Notes under the pieces: model-generated | Seen by the model: the letters and a program-made list of their open reading frames with translations, nothing else | What the model was told of the DNA's origin: nothing | The model's database searches: none | Assembly (NCBI GenBank): GCA_002269645.1 | Contig: NIVC01004003.1 | Coordinates: 1,379 to 65,378 of the forward strand | From: Macrostomum lignano | Taxonomy: Eukaryota | Reading direction: 5' to 3' | DNA length: 64,000 nucleotides | Translations under genes and position numbers: made by a program | In this document: positions 11,681 to 24,419 of the stretch, in pieces | Position numbering within the stretch: position 1 is the stretch's first letter | Layout: every line of letters begins with the position of its first letter

Positions 11681-12871
11681 TCAGCGACCTGCAGCACCTG
11701 CTGGCCGGCAGTCGGAGGTGGTCCGACACGCAGGATGTCCATCTGGGTGGCTGTCTGCCTGCCGATGAGGATGATGTTCTACAACGTGGAACGTGGCGAC
11801 TGCCTGCCGGCCGAAAATGCGAGCGGCCATCGCCGCCTTGCCCAGCAGATGCATCGGCCGGTCTGACCCGTACGCGAACAGCCTGTCCGAGGTGGTCTGC
11901 AGGTGCGGCCGCTGTCTCTGACTCTCGAACGTGGCCCGGTTGATCACATTTCGAGCCGCGCCGCTGTCAATCAACACAGAGAGTCTGGAGCCGTTGATCT
12001 CGGCTACTCTGTGGGCCGACTGCTCTCCCTGGTCGACCTCGAACACGCCGGAGTCCGGGTCGTCCACCTTCTGGTAGCTGGTCTCGCCTTGCAGCGTTGC
12101 GACGGCGTTGGCGCCGCTCTGCGGGGCGTGCTGCCTGGACCTGCAGGGTTGTGCGAAGTGGTCCGGCTTCCCGCACTTTCTGCAGCTCTTGCCCTGCGCT
12201 GCGGTGCACATGGGGTGCCCCGATCTGCTGCAGCGATCGCAGGATACGCGCTGCGTCGGCGCCTGCGGTCTTGGCGGCTGCCAGTCTTTTCTGACTGCTG
12301 CGGTCTGCTGCGGTTCTCCTGATCTGTCGCTCTCCATCGCGGTGGCCTGCTGCTTCGCGATTTCTTTCGCCCTCGCCTTTTTGAGCACATCCGCCAGGGA
12401 GATGTTGTTGGTCTACAAGAAGTCTCTCCTAAGTCTCTCGGACTCGCAGTAGGCGACTATTTTGTCTCGGATCAGAGAGTCTCTGAGGGTCCCAAACTCA
12501 CACGGCTCCGCCGCCTTGCGCAGACGCTGATACCACTGGTCGATCGGCTCGCCAGGCTGCTGTCTGCAGGTCTCAAACTTGAAACGCAGGAACACAATGT
12601 TATTCTTTCCATCCCAGTACGTCTGGATGTTTTTCGCGAGGCTGTTGTGGTCCTCTCCAGAGACAATCTCGTTCTCTTCGACAACAGCCTGCAGCTCCTC
12701 TCCTGCGGCGTACAGCAGCAGCTGCTGCCCTCGAATCTTGTCGGTGATTCCAGCTGCAATGATGTACGTGGCGAAGCGACGAATCCATGCAGCCCAGCGC
12801 TGTGCAGTGGAGTGGCAATCGCTATTGATTGTAAACGGGTCGGGTGGCGTGAGTGTGATTTGCTGAGTCAT
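11681..12871 (-). pseudogene. Gypsy gag (with zinc knuckles) and aspartic protease
   Basis: PPDPF...RWAAWIRRF...LLLYAAG...RQQPGEPIDQWYQRLRKAAEPCEFG; CRKCGKPDHFAQPC; VLIDSGAARNVI; TAG stop at 12448-12450. Confidence 0.88.
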
Positions 12872-13455
12872 GATTTTAAGGGTTCGGTTCTTGCGACGCC
12901 ATTGTAGTATCTGAGACAGAGGCCGTGTTTGCTGTGTAGCCGAAACTCACGAAACTCTTACACTCTCGCCGCGCTGGGCCCACATCTATATATTTATGAG
13001 CGCAGAGCTATAATTGGGGTGGCGGTACCCACCCCGCTCTGTAGCCAATCAGACCTGCCGGACGTACACGTTGGGCTAGCATACCGTGCGTACGCACACT
13101 ACACCATCCAAGTGTTTTAGTAGAGTTTGATTAAATAAATCCTATATCCTAAAAATGAGTTGTCTGTGGGTACATGTAGGTAGGTAGGTATGCGATAGAT
13201 TTCAGAAAAAATGGCTCAACCGATTTTCTTCAAATTTGCACCATTAAATCAGAAATTTTCCTGGGACGGTACATGCATCTTGGCTAAGAATTGTAGCTAA
13301 AAAAGCTATTTCAAATTTTCTAAGAATGAAATTATTATCAATAAATACCGCGAAACTGCTGATATTTAATAGCTCGCATACAAAATTACATTTGATACAC
13401 GAGCTTACAAGTACAACATGTCTTGTAAGTTAGAGTAGACTTCATAAACATGACA

Positions 13456-13986
13456 CAGGGGCGTCATTAACGGGGGGACAGGGGGGACATGTCCCCCCAG
13501 TAAAATATCTTTTATGCGGCGCTAAAATGAGTGCCTGCGGCGCTAAAATGAGTGGCTGCGGCGCCAAAATGTGTGCCTGCGGCGCCAAAATGTGTGCCTG
13601 CAGCGCTAAAATGAGTGCCTGCAGCGCTAAAATGAGTGCCTGCAGCGCTAAAATGAGTGCCTGCAGCACTAAAATGTGTGCCTGCGGCGCTAAAATGAGT
13701 GCCTGCGGCGCCAAAATGAGTGCCTGCGGCGCCAAAATGAGTGCCTGCGGCGCCAAAATGTGTGCCTACAGCGCTAAAATGAGTGCCTGCAGCGCTAAAA
13801 TGAGTGCCTGCAGCGCCAAAATGAGTGCCTGCGGCGCTAGAATGAGTGCCCGCGGCGCCAAAATGAGTGCTGACAACACCGATTCTGAAAATAATGTACA
13901 TGTAGGAATTTAGTCATGTACATGTACATGTATAATTGTTGGCTTTGTCCCCCCCCCCCACCATAAAATCTATGGCGACGCCCCCG
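13456..13986. mobile_element. MITE with internal 21-bp tandem array
   Basis: TIR CAGGGGCGTC / GACGCCCCCG (9 of 10 match); flanks ACATGACA / ACGCGACA (6 of 8, possibly a decayed 8-bp TSD); GCGCTAAAATGAGTGCCTGCG repeats at about 13515-13865. Confidence 0.6.
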
Positions 13987-15174
13987 ACGCGACATATACA
14001 TGCACAATGTACATCGCAGACTAACAAGTATAACTGCTTATCAACCGCGCATTCCACATTTGTTTGTCTGATTGCTTGTTACAGAACGACAGTGGAAAAG
14101 TGGTTCCTCCGACCTTCATACAGAAACCAGCGTGCAACATTCCGACTTCTCCCAAAATGCTATGTAGCTAACTGACAATTTGCTTATTAAGTGTGCTAAG
14201 CAGATATTCATAATTCCGAAAAATTGCGTACATTGCTTGCAGTTTTTATTATCAGTGAAAACGCAGTGAACTTTGCAGTACGCTGAAAAGCTCCACCGAC
14301 ACTTTGCCGCCATTCTGGTGGTTCGAATGGGAATAAGTAGGGAAACTTTACCCTAATTATCGATCGTTACTGGGGGTGGGTGCTGCGGCTGTCCGTTTTC
14401 CATTTGAAAGGAGGCACAGCATTTTACACCACATGGACTAACTATTGCACACAATTGCAAAGCGAGCTTAAGTGTTTATGTAAATGAAATATAAAGATAT
14501 TAACATAATGTTTTATAGACACGATTTAAGAGACGATAGCTATATAAATGTAACATCCTTATAATATTAATTATTTGTCAGTGATCAGGAAATTAAATAT
14601 TAGAAATGAAAAAAAATTCCCACCAAATGTACCATACATGTAAGAGACTCCACAGGACTCAAGAAACTCCCGGTCCATTTAACATTTTTGACCGTCATGA
14701 GGTCGAGTTTTCACAAAATACTAGCTTTTTTAATTTTCATAATGCAATTCAAACTAGAGCAGCTCAGCGGCGACACGTCTGACGTCATGCAGACTATCGA
14801 GGAGAGTCCATATGCTGGGTTTCATTTACAAGTGCGGCAACACATGTGAAGGCACAGAGTGGGCACACGAGAAAGTCAGGGTCGTTGTAACTTGTCAAGT
14901 GAATTAAAACTTTTTGGACCTTCACCAAAGCCAAAACACGCAAAAATGGGGAACGCAAAGTCAGCTAATGCCCCCTTGAACCCATCCAGAAAAATTGGGA
15001 AGTGAAACCACTTCGGGCAGCTTTACTGCACTGCTAAAACTAAACGTATGAACGTCTACAATGTAAGTCGTCTATTAATATAAAAAAACTGTCATGTATT
15101 CCGGCATAATACGAGCGAGCAAGAGTTCGTAACCAATGGCAACGCAATTCAGTTGCTTTATCGACCGGTGCTGT

Positions 15175-15332
15175 TCAACGCGGCTTGAATAGGCTGATGA
15201 GGCCACCGGCGGGACCGCCGCCTCCATCGCCGTCTCCGCCGCCACCGCCAACTCCGCCGCCCATCAGGGCGTTGAGCGCCTTCTCAGCAATCTCCTGTTT
15301 TCGTTTGCGTCTCAGCTCGTCCCTCTGGTCCA
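15175..15332 (-). CDS. STUM: stum homolog, exon 4 (last)
   Basis: Acceptor TTCCAG|TG is phase 1 and matches the exon 3 donor; LDQRDELRRKRKQEIAEKAL...LFKPR*. Confidence 0.75.
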
Positions 15333-16014
15333 CTGGAATGTCAGTTTCCGATCAAAGGGCTCAACGCAGGAGTGTCAAAAAAGAAATGACAATATAAATT
15401 ATACAGACAACCCAGGATTAGGTTAAATGACACGAAATCCTCAGAAAAAGTAGCTAATCAGACAAATATGAGTCTATTATGAATCTACAAACATGAATCT
15501 AGTAGGGCTACCCTCTGCCTGAATCGTGTACTGATCACTCTCTCACCAGTACGTGTAAGGTTGCTTAGCTCGTAAATCAGTTATAAAATAGGTCTGAACC
15601 CATGTGCATTGATTTAAAACTTAGAGAAGACGCTACAAGAAGCTAATATCAAGGACTACTTAAGAAGTGACTTCAGTGGTCCTTGGCAAATATTTTACTA
15701 ATTTCTAAAAGGCCGCTTTGATGCAGTGTTTCTTTGGCTTCCATGTCCTTCTTGTAATTGTTTTCTGAAGGCGCAAAATTTAATGGATTAAAAAAGTACC
15801 CAAAGAAGCGTTCTGTTGTTTTTGTCTCATTAAAACACTTGGGTATTTGGATATTTGGATATTTGCCATTATTCGCTATAATACGTGCAGTGCGTCGGTC
15901 TGTGTTAATATCTTATCCTTGATACATCATGGCATCGCAAGATACGCTGACCAGACATGGTCCCAAGACGTCTAAATCCACGTAAGCCCGGGCACCAATT
16001 TTAAAGAAACTCAC

Positions 16015-16438
16015 AAGCTTTCTGCACCGCGTAGACACCCCAGGCCAGGCTCCAGAACCAGCCAACCAGCAGGAAGGTGACGGTGACCAACTGCGAGATG
16101 CCAACCCAGAAGTTGATGCACACCGGCTTGAAGAAGCCCTGCACTTTCCTGTGCTCCTTGGGCCCGACGCAGAGGTACAGCAAGCCGGACAAGATGGTAC
16201 CAAATCCTGGCAGTAGAACGTTCATAGCCAGCACGAACACGGCTGCTGGAACCGGCAGCACTGGCACCTGTTCCTGTATATAGCTGTCGTTGCTATGGAA
16301 ACGCTTCCTAGGCTGGCCAGATTCGTCATTGTCGGCATTGTCAGGCAGACCGCCGTTGGCGCTGTTCGAGAAGTCGCCGCCGGAGAAATGACTGATCTGG
16401 GAGATGGTCGACAGACGACGACTGCCCTGATTGACGGC
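16015..16438 (-). CDS. STUM: stum/SPEC3-family membrane domain, exon 3
   Basis: PVLPVPAAVFVLAMNVLLPGFGTILSG...NFWVGISQLVTVTFLLVGWFWSLAWG matches the STUM signature; tandem CAGCAG acceptor; donor T|GTGAGT at 16014. Confidence 0.9.
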
Positions 16439-16569
16439 CTGCTGGGTGCACATTTAAGGAAATCATTATTTAATTTTTACGACTGGTTTTGCATACCTAG
16501 TAGAATGTTAGGACATGAAAATAATATGATGATTCTTTTGGAAACCTGTATATAGGTACGTACGGATGT

Positions 16570-16780
16570 TCAGTCCAACGACTGGGGGTCGCCACACACA
16601 CCCTCTGCAATTACCCAAGCTAATGCTGGCACACATTTTACAGCTGGGTGAACTGAAGCAATGCAGGAGTTATGTGTCTTGCTCAAGGACACAAATCAAC
16701 CGCTCCGACTGGGTCCAAAATCGAACCCCCGACCTTCCAGTCGTGAGTCCGACGCTCTTACCACTAGGCTACAAACAAGA
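16570..16780 (-). mobile_element. tRNA-derived SINE with CORE-like body
   Basis: Head GTAGCCTAGTGGTAAGAGCG...GGTTCGA (A and B boxes) followed by TGTGTCCTTGAGCAAGACAC; no acceptor stem. Confidence 0.8.
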
Positions 16781-16979
16781 TCCCATGTGCTAACAAAAGG
16801 ATCCCATGAAAAAAGTTCTAGATGTACTTGCTGCAAATTTGACGCGTTAATCATTCTTTTAAAGCACCTCAGATGAAGATCCTAAAGCAGAGAGTACCCA
16901 GCTACAAGTTACAACAATGGAAAGGTGTACAGTGCTTTCAATGCAGCACCTTTGAGCACCCCAAAAACTCAAGACTGAC

Positions 16980-17345
16980 AGCATTTGGCTGCTGCAGACG
17001 CTCCAAATGCCGGCTGCGAACTTCAATCACTCGCCGGTTCAATGCTCGTTGAACTAGACGACCTAATTGAACTTGCACAAGCTCCAGCTGCTCCTGCTGC
17101 TGCTGCGGTTCCTCCGCAGGCTGCTGCTGCGACACCGTCAAAGAGTTTCCTGAAGTGTCCAAACTGGATGCCGCAGCGCCAGCCTCCAGGGCAGAAGTCG
17201 CAGCCACATGTAGCTGTACTTTTTTTGGCGACGGTGCGGCTGAACGAGATCTTCTGCTGGCGCTTAGCGTTGCTGCCGGGTGGTGTCTTTTCATGGCTGA
17301 CTTCATTGCTGCTTCAAGAAGAAGAAGAAATCTATACACGTTTAG
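16980..17345 (-). CDS. STUM: stum homolog, exon 2 (low complexity)
   Basis: Open frame with acceptor AAACAG at 17346 and donor GCT|GTCAGT at 16979, both phase 0; 5' boundary uncertain. Confidence 0.6.
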
Positions 17346-17719
17346 CTGTTTTGGAAGAGACTGAAGTGCCGAGAGCGAAGGACTGAGCTAGCTATTTTAT
17401 AATGAAAAACCCAGCCAGAAACAATGTTTGTTTTGCGACTAACAGCCATAATAGCATATGGTGATGCAAATCTATATTGCTATATGTGCCTGGGTAGGTT
17501 GCTACCGACTGCTCAATGTGTTATTAATTTCATGACCTCGCTTATAATATGCAGGCCACTGTCTATTGATTAAAGTTTGTCCTAAATCGATTGGTGTGTT
17601 ATCATAAAATTAAATTAAGCAAGATCGATGCAATTTTATTTAGATTTTTTACTGATTATATAGCGGGCTAGTGGTGGAGTCACGTGACAAACCAGATGAA
17701 CGGACACAAATATAGAGAC

Positions 17720-18131
<412 letters not shown>

Positions 18132-18153
18132 CCCATTATCGAACCAAACGCAC

Positions 18154-18870
18154 CGTTCTTCCCCCAGCGTCCTCCAGCGACAGGAAGTCCTTGCTGCCCA
18201 TCACTTTCCGATTGTCGGTCGTAGCGCCGCCGCTCGGCGCGTTGACAGCGGCTGGCGTGGCTGCCGTCTCCGCCGCTGGCGCCGACCCTGGCGGCTTACC
18301 AGCCGCCGCCTTCCCCCCTCCTGGAGTCGCAGGCGCAGCGGCAGCGGCCGGGGTCGTCGCCGTCTCAGACTCGGCCTTGCCACCCGCGGCTGCTGCTCCA
18401 GCTTTCATCCCGGATTTGTCTTTGGCTTCCTTCGACTCGGCGACAAACCCGGCGTTCGCCTTGCCGCCACTGGCAGCCGCCGCCTTCAATTTCTGGGCCA
18501 GGCCGAGAGGCGGCTTCCCGCTGGACTGCGGCCCTCCGGCCAGCGTCACCCGCTTTGCGTTGCCGCCGCCGTTCTGCTGCTGCTGCTGCTGCGACGTTGG
18601 ATTCGGCGAAGGTGTCGGAGGCGGCTGCTGCGGCGGTGGCGGCTTCTTGCCGCTAGCAGCAGATGTCACCAACATCATCTCGATAGCAGAGACGTCGCCG
18701 CCATCCTGATTGTTGCTCGGTTTCGACGGCTCTGTCGGCGGCTGCGGCTGCGGCGGTGGCGGCTGCGGTGGCGGCGGAGGCGGCTCTGCAGCTGCAGTCA
18801 CGGCCGGCTGCTGCTTGTCGGACTTTCCGGCGTTCTTTTCACCCGCCTGCGGGGTGCTTCGTTTCTTCAT
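18154..18870 (-). CDS. STUM: stum homolog, exon 1 (Pro/Gln/Ala/Lys-rich N-terminus)
   Basis: [10 protein letters not shown]... open frame in GC-rich sequence; donor ACG|GTGCGT at 18153; joined model is about 550 aa. Linkage to the stum domain is inferred from splice phase. Confidence 0.6.
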
Positions 18871-19849
18871 GACCTTGAGAGACGCGCTTGCTGCTGAAAC
18901 TCTGCTCTGCTGCAGCCCAACAACTGCAAGCTGCATATATAGCTGGCTGAGTCAAATTTTGATCGCCAGAGCCTGATTCTCTTCCCGCACGGCTCTCAGA
19001 GCCGGTTTTCCTCTCTCACAAAAGAGAGGCTGTGGGAGGCCTCGTGCGCACAAAAGCTCCGAAGCTGCACGAGAATGAAGCGTCAATGAGTTCACAGTCA
19101 TAAGGCTAACCGCATAAAGCATTCCCATAGGGATTGCACAGCTCTGCAGCTACAATGGGCACACGGGATGGGTTGCACAATATACTCAGCCCGTAACCAG
19201 GAAGTTACGGAGAAATCCGTGGCTCTGGGTCAACAGAACTGTGAGCACACGCAGCTGAGCACAGGAGAGGCTATGAAGGAAAAGTTGCAGCGATAGACCC
19301 TGCTATGGTGACAGCTTAACATCTTAATTTTAAGAGCTGAATAGCGATACTCTGCTGCGATCGTGTCGTGAAGACATGACTTCCGGCTTAGCCAGGAGAG
19401 AGCTTAGCAGGAACCAGAGAGCTGCTTTCTATGGTTTTAATTTACTTTTAAGGCGCTCTGTTTCATGGGAGCAGGGCTAAACTTAATTTGTGGTGTTAAT
19501 CGCAACTATTTATAAAAAAACTTGCAGCACTACTTGCAGTAGATAGTTGGTGGATTATATTAGCTTAACAGATAATAACTTGAGTACAAGCGCACTTTTC
19601 CTTTTATTTTCGCACGCTCAATATTGAAGTCGCTCGTTTGATTGACTCAAAACAGTTTTGTTTGCTCAATAGTCACAAACACCAGAGGCCCATGCAGCGC
19701 CACTCCCTTAGTTATGACTTGCAAATTGCACTTTTAAGTGTGTTATCAGTCATAAACAGCTGTTTTCCTTGGTTTCCGGCTACAGTCTACCGGTATGATC
19801 AGAAACTAAAATCTCACTCTGGAAATGAAGGTGCTTAGAGAATGGATAG

Positions 19850-20418
19850 CGAGTGGATAGAGAGTGGATAGAGAGTGGATAGAGAGTGGATAGAGAGTGG
19901 ATAGAGAGTGAATAGAGAGGGGATAGAGAGTGGATAGAGAGTGAATAGAGAGGGGATAGAGAGTGGATAGAGAGTGGATAGAGAGTGGATAGAGAGTGGA
20001 TAGAGAGTGAATAGAGAGTGGATAGAGAGTGGATAGAGAGTGAATAGAGAGTGGATAGAGAGTGGATACAGTGGATAGAGAGTGGATAGAGTGGATAGAG
20101 AGTGGATAGAGAGAGGATAGAGAGTGGATAGAGAGTGGATAGAGAGTGGATAGAGAGTGGATAGAGAGAGGATAGAGAGTGGATAGAGAGTGGATAGAGA
20201 TTAGATAGAGAGAGGATAGAGAGTGGATAGAGATTGGATAGAGAGTGGATAGAGAGTGGATAGAGGGTGGATAGAGAGTGGATAGAGAGAGGATAGAGAG
20301 AGGATAGAGAGTGGATAGAGAGTGGATAGAGAGTGGATAGAGAGTGGATAGAGATTAGATAGAGAGAGGATAGAGATTAGATAGAGAGTGGATAGAGATT
20401 AGATAGAGAGTGGATAGA
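19850..20418. repeat. 11-bp minisatellite (GAGTGGATAGA)n
   Basis: About 50 tandem copies. Confidence 0.97.
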
Positions 20419-20579
20419 TGTCGTTAACATCCTGTATTAATGGTCACATCAAAGAATTGGTTGCCGGTTCGGAGGGCAGGCTCTGCCCTAATCAGGTTGC
20501 AGATACCCGTAATTACGGCAGTGCGTAACCAGAAAAGCAGAGGCTGATTTCATTTATCAACATTGCACGACTTGAAACT

Positions 20580-21581
20580 TCACCTGGTCAAAGAGGAGCA
20601 TCGAAATTCCGTCTGCCTGATGGGCTCCCGCGGCTCCGGCTCCCGCACCTGCCGCTGCTGCAGCTCCCAGACCACCGAGGACGATTGACGAGCAGGCATC
20701 AGCGGCGCCTGGCGCCGTCTGACGGGCAGCTGGGCCGTCAGGGCAGCCCCAGCCGAGGTCGCAGCCGCGCCAGCCGAAGGAGCCCTCCTTCTCGAGTTGA
20801 ACCAGCGGTTTCGAGCGAGATCAGCCGACATCACGAGCGACGCGGCGAAGACCAGGAGGCTGGGCACGGGAGCCTGGACTATGATGACGAGTCTGGTTAG
20901 CAGGCGGCTGGGAGCGAATGCAGCGAAGACTCGAAGTGCGGTGAAGCAGATGCTCAGAGCGGCGCAGGCGCAGAAGCATCTGACGGTGTCGCAGGTTATC
21001 CGGTTGAGTTGTGAGAGATATTCAGGATGATTATTCAAGATATTCAGGATGTACTTTTAGGATTCTCAACTCCTATCAAAAGTGTTCACCCACCTCACGT
21101 AGAGCTTCTTAGTAAACATAGTCCTGGCAGTGAACGGCCACAGGATCACTACGCAGCGGGCCAGGGTGAAGGCAGCGATCCACCAGTTTCTGAGAAACAG
21201 ACCGGCATTCGATGGCGCGAAGGTGGCCACGCAGAGCCACAGGAGAGCCGGTGCAGATTCGTTGTTGACATTTTCCAGCCAACTGTCGTTGCTAAAATCG
21301 GCTGCCGTTACGTTTGCGTCTCCGACGGTCGTCCCGACGACGGAGCCTTCGCACACGCGACTCACCAGGTTGCTCACGGTGAAGGCCAGGTGACTCAAAT
21401 CGAACAAAAACTCGCTAGCGGACAACAGCAGCAGGCCCAGCAGAGATGGAGCTCTGGACGCCAAGAACAGCCGACGGAACAGGTGCACGGCACATAGGTT
21501 GGCGCAGGTGGACACCACGTTAACAACTAGCTGGACACTCAGCCAAGCAGATCGTGAGCTGTCCGAGATTTGCTGCTCCAT
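20580..21581 (-). CDS. Rhodopsin-type orphan GPCR (exons 21581-21094 and 20979-20580)
   Basis: TM1 VVNVVSTCANLCAV, TM2 LLLLSASEFL, TM3 FLRNWWIAAFTLARCVVILWPF, TM4, TM5 QAPVPSLLVFAASLVM; 114-nt intron AG|GTGGGT...TCAG|A in phase 2; TM6 and TM7 not found. Confidence 0.75.
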
Positions 21582-22029
21582 TTCTATTTTCGAATCGAAC
21601 AACACGATAGCTGTTTTCAGGGAAAATTTCTGCTTTAGTCAACCAAGCTTACGTAGATGAAGTTGATTCCAGTTGAATTCGAGCGAGACCTGCTGATTTG
21701 CTCTGTCTTAAAGTCTTGTTAATAACAAGGTTTCTCAAAAGCGGATGAGGAGTTCGAGAAGCTGCATAGAGGCAGCCAATCACGATGCAGTGGCATGGCT
21801 GCTCGGGAGAATTCCCGATTGCGAAAGTAACTGGCAGCCTGGAGACTGTCTTTACGAGTGTATGAGCACTGTATAGTTTCCATGTAGGAGACACTTAGAC
21901 GTGAATAAACGCAGAAACTACCTTTGCAGTTTGGCTTATAGATGACACTCGCAAAATACTGTTTTCGATGCAATTCGAGGCATGGCATGCAGAACCAGCG
22001 AGAGGCATTGCTGCCCGCTCCGCCGACCC

Positions 22030-22307
22030 CCCTGAGCAGACACACAACAAACGCGCGGATACGTACGCAGTCATACGCCCGGGAACACACTCACACAGGA
22101 GTGTACAGCGGCCCTAACTTTATTTATCGTTATAGGCATGAACACTTCACTGTGTTTTGGGGGGAGGCCTTCAAAGGCATTAATTGCAGAAGCAGAGCCA
22201 AAGCCGAGATTCCAATTTAGCCCCAAATTAATGCGACTGCACTTGGAATCGAGCCTGGGCCGATGGTACACCAGAGCGCCGCGCTGGACCACTGCGCTGC
22301 GGCCCCC
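22030..22307 (-). mobile_element. tRNA-derived SINE (family B, copy 1)
   Basis: GCGCAGTGGTCC (A box) and GGCTCGATTCC (B box); homologous to 59925-60135 and 61742-61905. Confidence 0.8.
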
Positions 22308-23187
22308 TCCCAGGTTTTCGATACAAACTATTACCATTAAATCGACAATTTATTAATTAGCAACCGAATTTCTAAATTTTAAAACTGCAGAACCTGGGGT
22401 CCGTTCGGGTGCTGAACCCAAGTGTTATCAAAAGGTACGAACAGGTGTAATGACGCTCCATGTGCACAGTAAGCTAGTTCTAGCTTGATGACGCGATCAG
22501 AACTCGCGTAATTGCGTAATAGACGATGATGAAGCGAGACTATACTAATTATCACTCATCTGAAGCGCCTGCGGTCAAGATATGCCCTTAAAGTCTGCTA
22601 CATTCTCCCCCATAGGAATCTGTCAACGCATGATCAGTCTTTAAAAGAGAGACAGCAGATGTCCGTGGGGCAATCCGATCCGTAAGATGTTCTTCATCAG
22701 TTTTGTGTGCAAAGCTTATTTCTGCCTATTTTCAAAAATACTCTTAGCTTCTGCACCCAGTGCTCAAACCAAATACTATCGTCGACAGATGTTTTCTTTC
22801 TCAGTATTTAGCATAGCTACTATGAGAGGTATACTCTATCTAAATATTTAGTATATAAATTTTTATATGTAGGAAGGACCGCAACACGCAGTACGATCGT
22901 TAACATAAATTTGCGTGCAGGTTAATGAGATGCAAAATGATGAGTCATTGTCAGTTTGCAAGTATGACGCTAATAATGCATTTAGGATCAATTTACTGCG
23001 AGTATTCTTAATAAAGTAAGGATAACTTAAGTATGCCATGTTGAACTACCAAAGTGAGAGGGTGATTGATTTTCCCTGGCAATTTTTGTTGCGCCGGAAC
23101 GGAGCAACGCAAGCAGATGTCAAGAACACAGCCTAACTTTTTGTTGCGCATCCTCTCAAACAGGAATAAAGTCGCCAGGCTTACTGG

Positions 23188-23815
23188 GGTAATTGCTGAG
23201 ATGTTAAGTCTTGGGGGGGGGGGGAATTGCTGAGATGTTAAGTCTTGGGGGGAATTGCTGAGATGTTAAGTCTTGGGGGGGAATTGCTGAGATGTTAAGT
23301 CTTGGGGGGAATTGCTGAGATGTTAAGTCTTGGGGGGAATTGCTGAGATGTTAAGTCTTGGGGGTAATTGCTGAGATGTCAAGTCTTGAGGGGGAATTGC
23401 TGAGATGTCAAGTCTTGGGGGGAATTGCTGAGATGTCAAGTCTTGAGGGGGAATTGCTGAGATGTCAAGTCTTGAGGGGGAATTGCTGAGATGTTAAGTC
23501 TTGGGGGAATTGCTGGGATGTTAAGTCTTGGGGGGATTGCTGAGATGTTAAGTCTTGGGGGGGGGGGAATTGCTGAGATGTCAAGGCTTGGGGGGGAATT
23601 GCTGAGATGTCAAGGCTTGGGGAGGGAATTGCTGAGATGTCAAGGCTTGGGGGGAATTGCTGAGATGTCAAGGCTTGGGGGGGGAATCGCTGAGATGTCA
23701 AGGCTTGGGGGAATTGCTGAGATGTCAAGGCTTGGGGGGGGAATCGCTGAGATGTCAAGGCTTGGGGGAATCGCTGAGATGTCAAGGCTTAGGGAAAATT
23801 GCTGAGATGGCAAGG
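23188..23815. repeat. 27-33-bp minisatellite AATTGCTGAGATGTTAAGTCTT+G(5-10)
   Basis: About 21 copies; three sequence variants are arranged in blocks along the array. Confidence 0.95.
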
Positions 23816-24419
23816 CTTACAAACACAAGGTCAGAACCTATGTGTAGTTTATTTTTTTTTAATTATTACATTCTTTCTTTGCTCCCCAACGAGGGGCGTA
23901 GATCGCTTGTCATACTTCAAATTTTCGGGTTCTAAAAACCTTTTATTATGCAATTAAAAGTGCAATTTGGCGAGGTCAACCTGTCCAAAAGTAAAACAAA
24001 TCTTAGTCCAGACTTATGGGCGTCAGATATATGCATGGCTTCCATCTCGCCTTCTCCCTAATGGCTTGGAATTCCCTCTTTAAACAAAAACAATAATTTC
24101 GGCAGATATAGGTGAAGATAGGCAAGTGAATTCGTAGAAAAAGCATTACCTATGGCCTGGCCATCACGAGGTGTGCAATTTGGACACAGACAGGGTGGTG
24201 ATTAGCTCGGCTCGGCTAATCACCACTTACAACACCTCTTACAAAGCTTGCTTTCATTCACAAGCAATTTGCTTACACGCGAGAAAAGAATAGGACTGAA
24301 TAATGTGCAGCTGAGGGCACAACCATGAGACTTTTGTCTGTCTGTCTGTTTTTGGATTGTACAGAGGGTTCTATAAGGTAGCAGGACATGCTTGAAATGC
24401 ACATTGAAAGGGTAGTCAA

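Larger units (their letters stand above)
8375..13103 (-). mobile_element. Full-length Ty3/Gypsy LTR retrotransposon, degenerate
   Basis: LTRs 12903-13103 (5') and 8375-8549 (3') with TG...CA ends; 5-bp TSD CCATC at 8370-8374 and 13104-13108; PBS-like TGGCGTCGC after the 5' LTR; PPT AAGGGGGAGAGA at 8550-8561; order gag-PR-RT-RH-IN. Confidence 0.95.

Noticed and set aside
8999-12907. Many plus-strand ORFs over the Gypsy element
   Set aside because: Antisense shadows of GC-rich coding sequence with no recognisable domains.
16700-16780. Possible tRNA genes (also 22240-22307 and 61742-61815)
   Set aside because: A and B boxes are present, but there is no acceptor-stem pairing and each continues into a shared SINE body.
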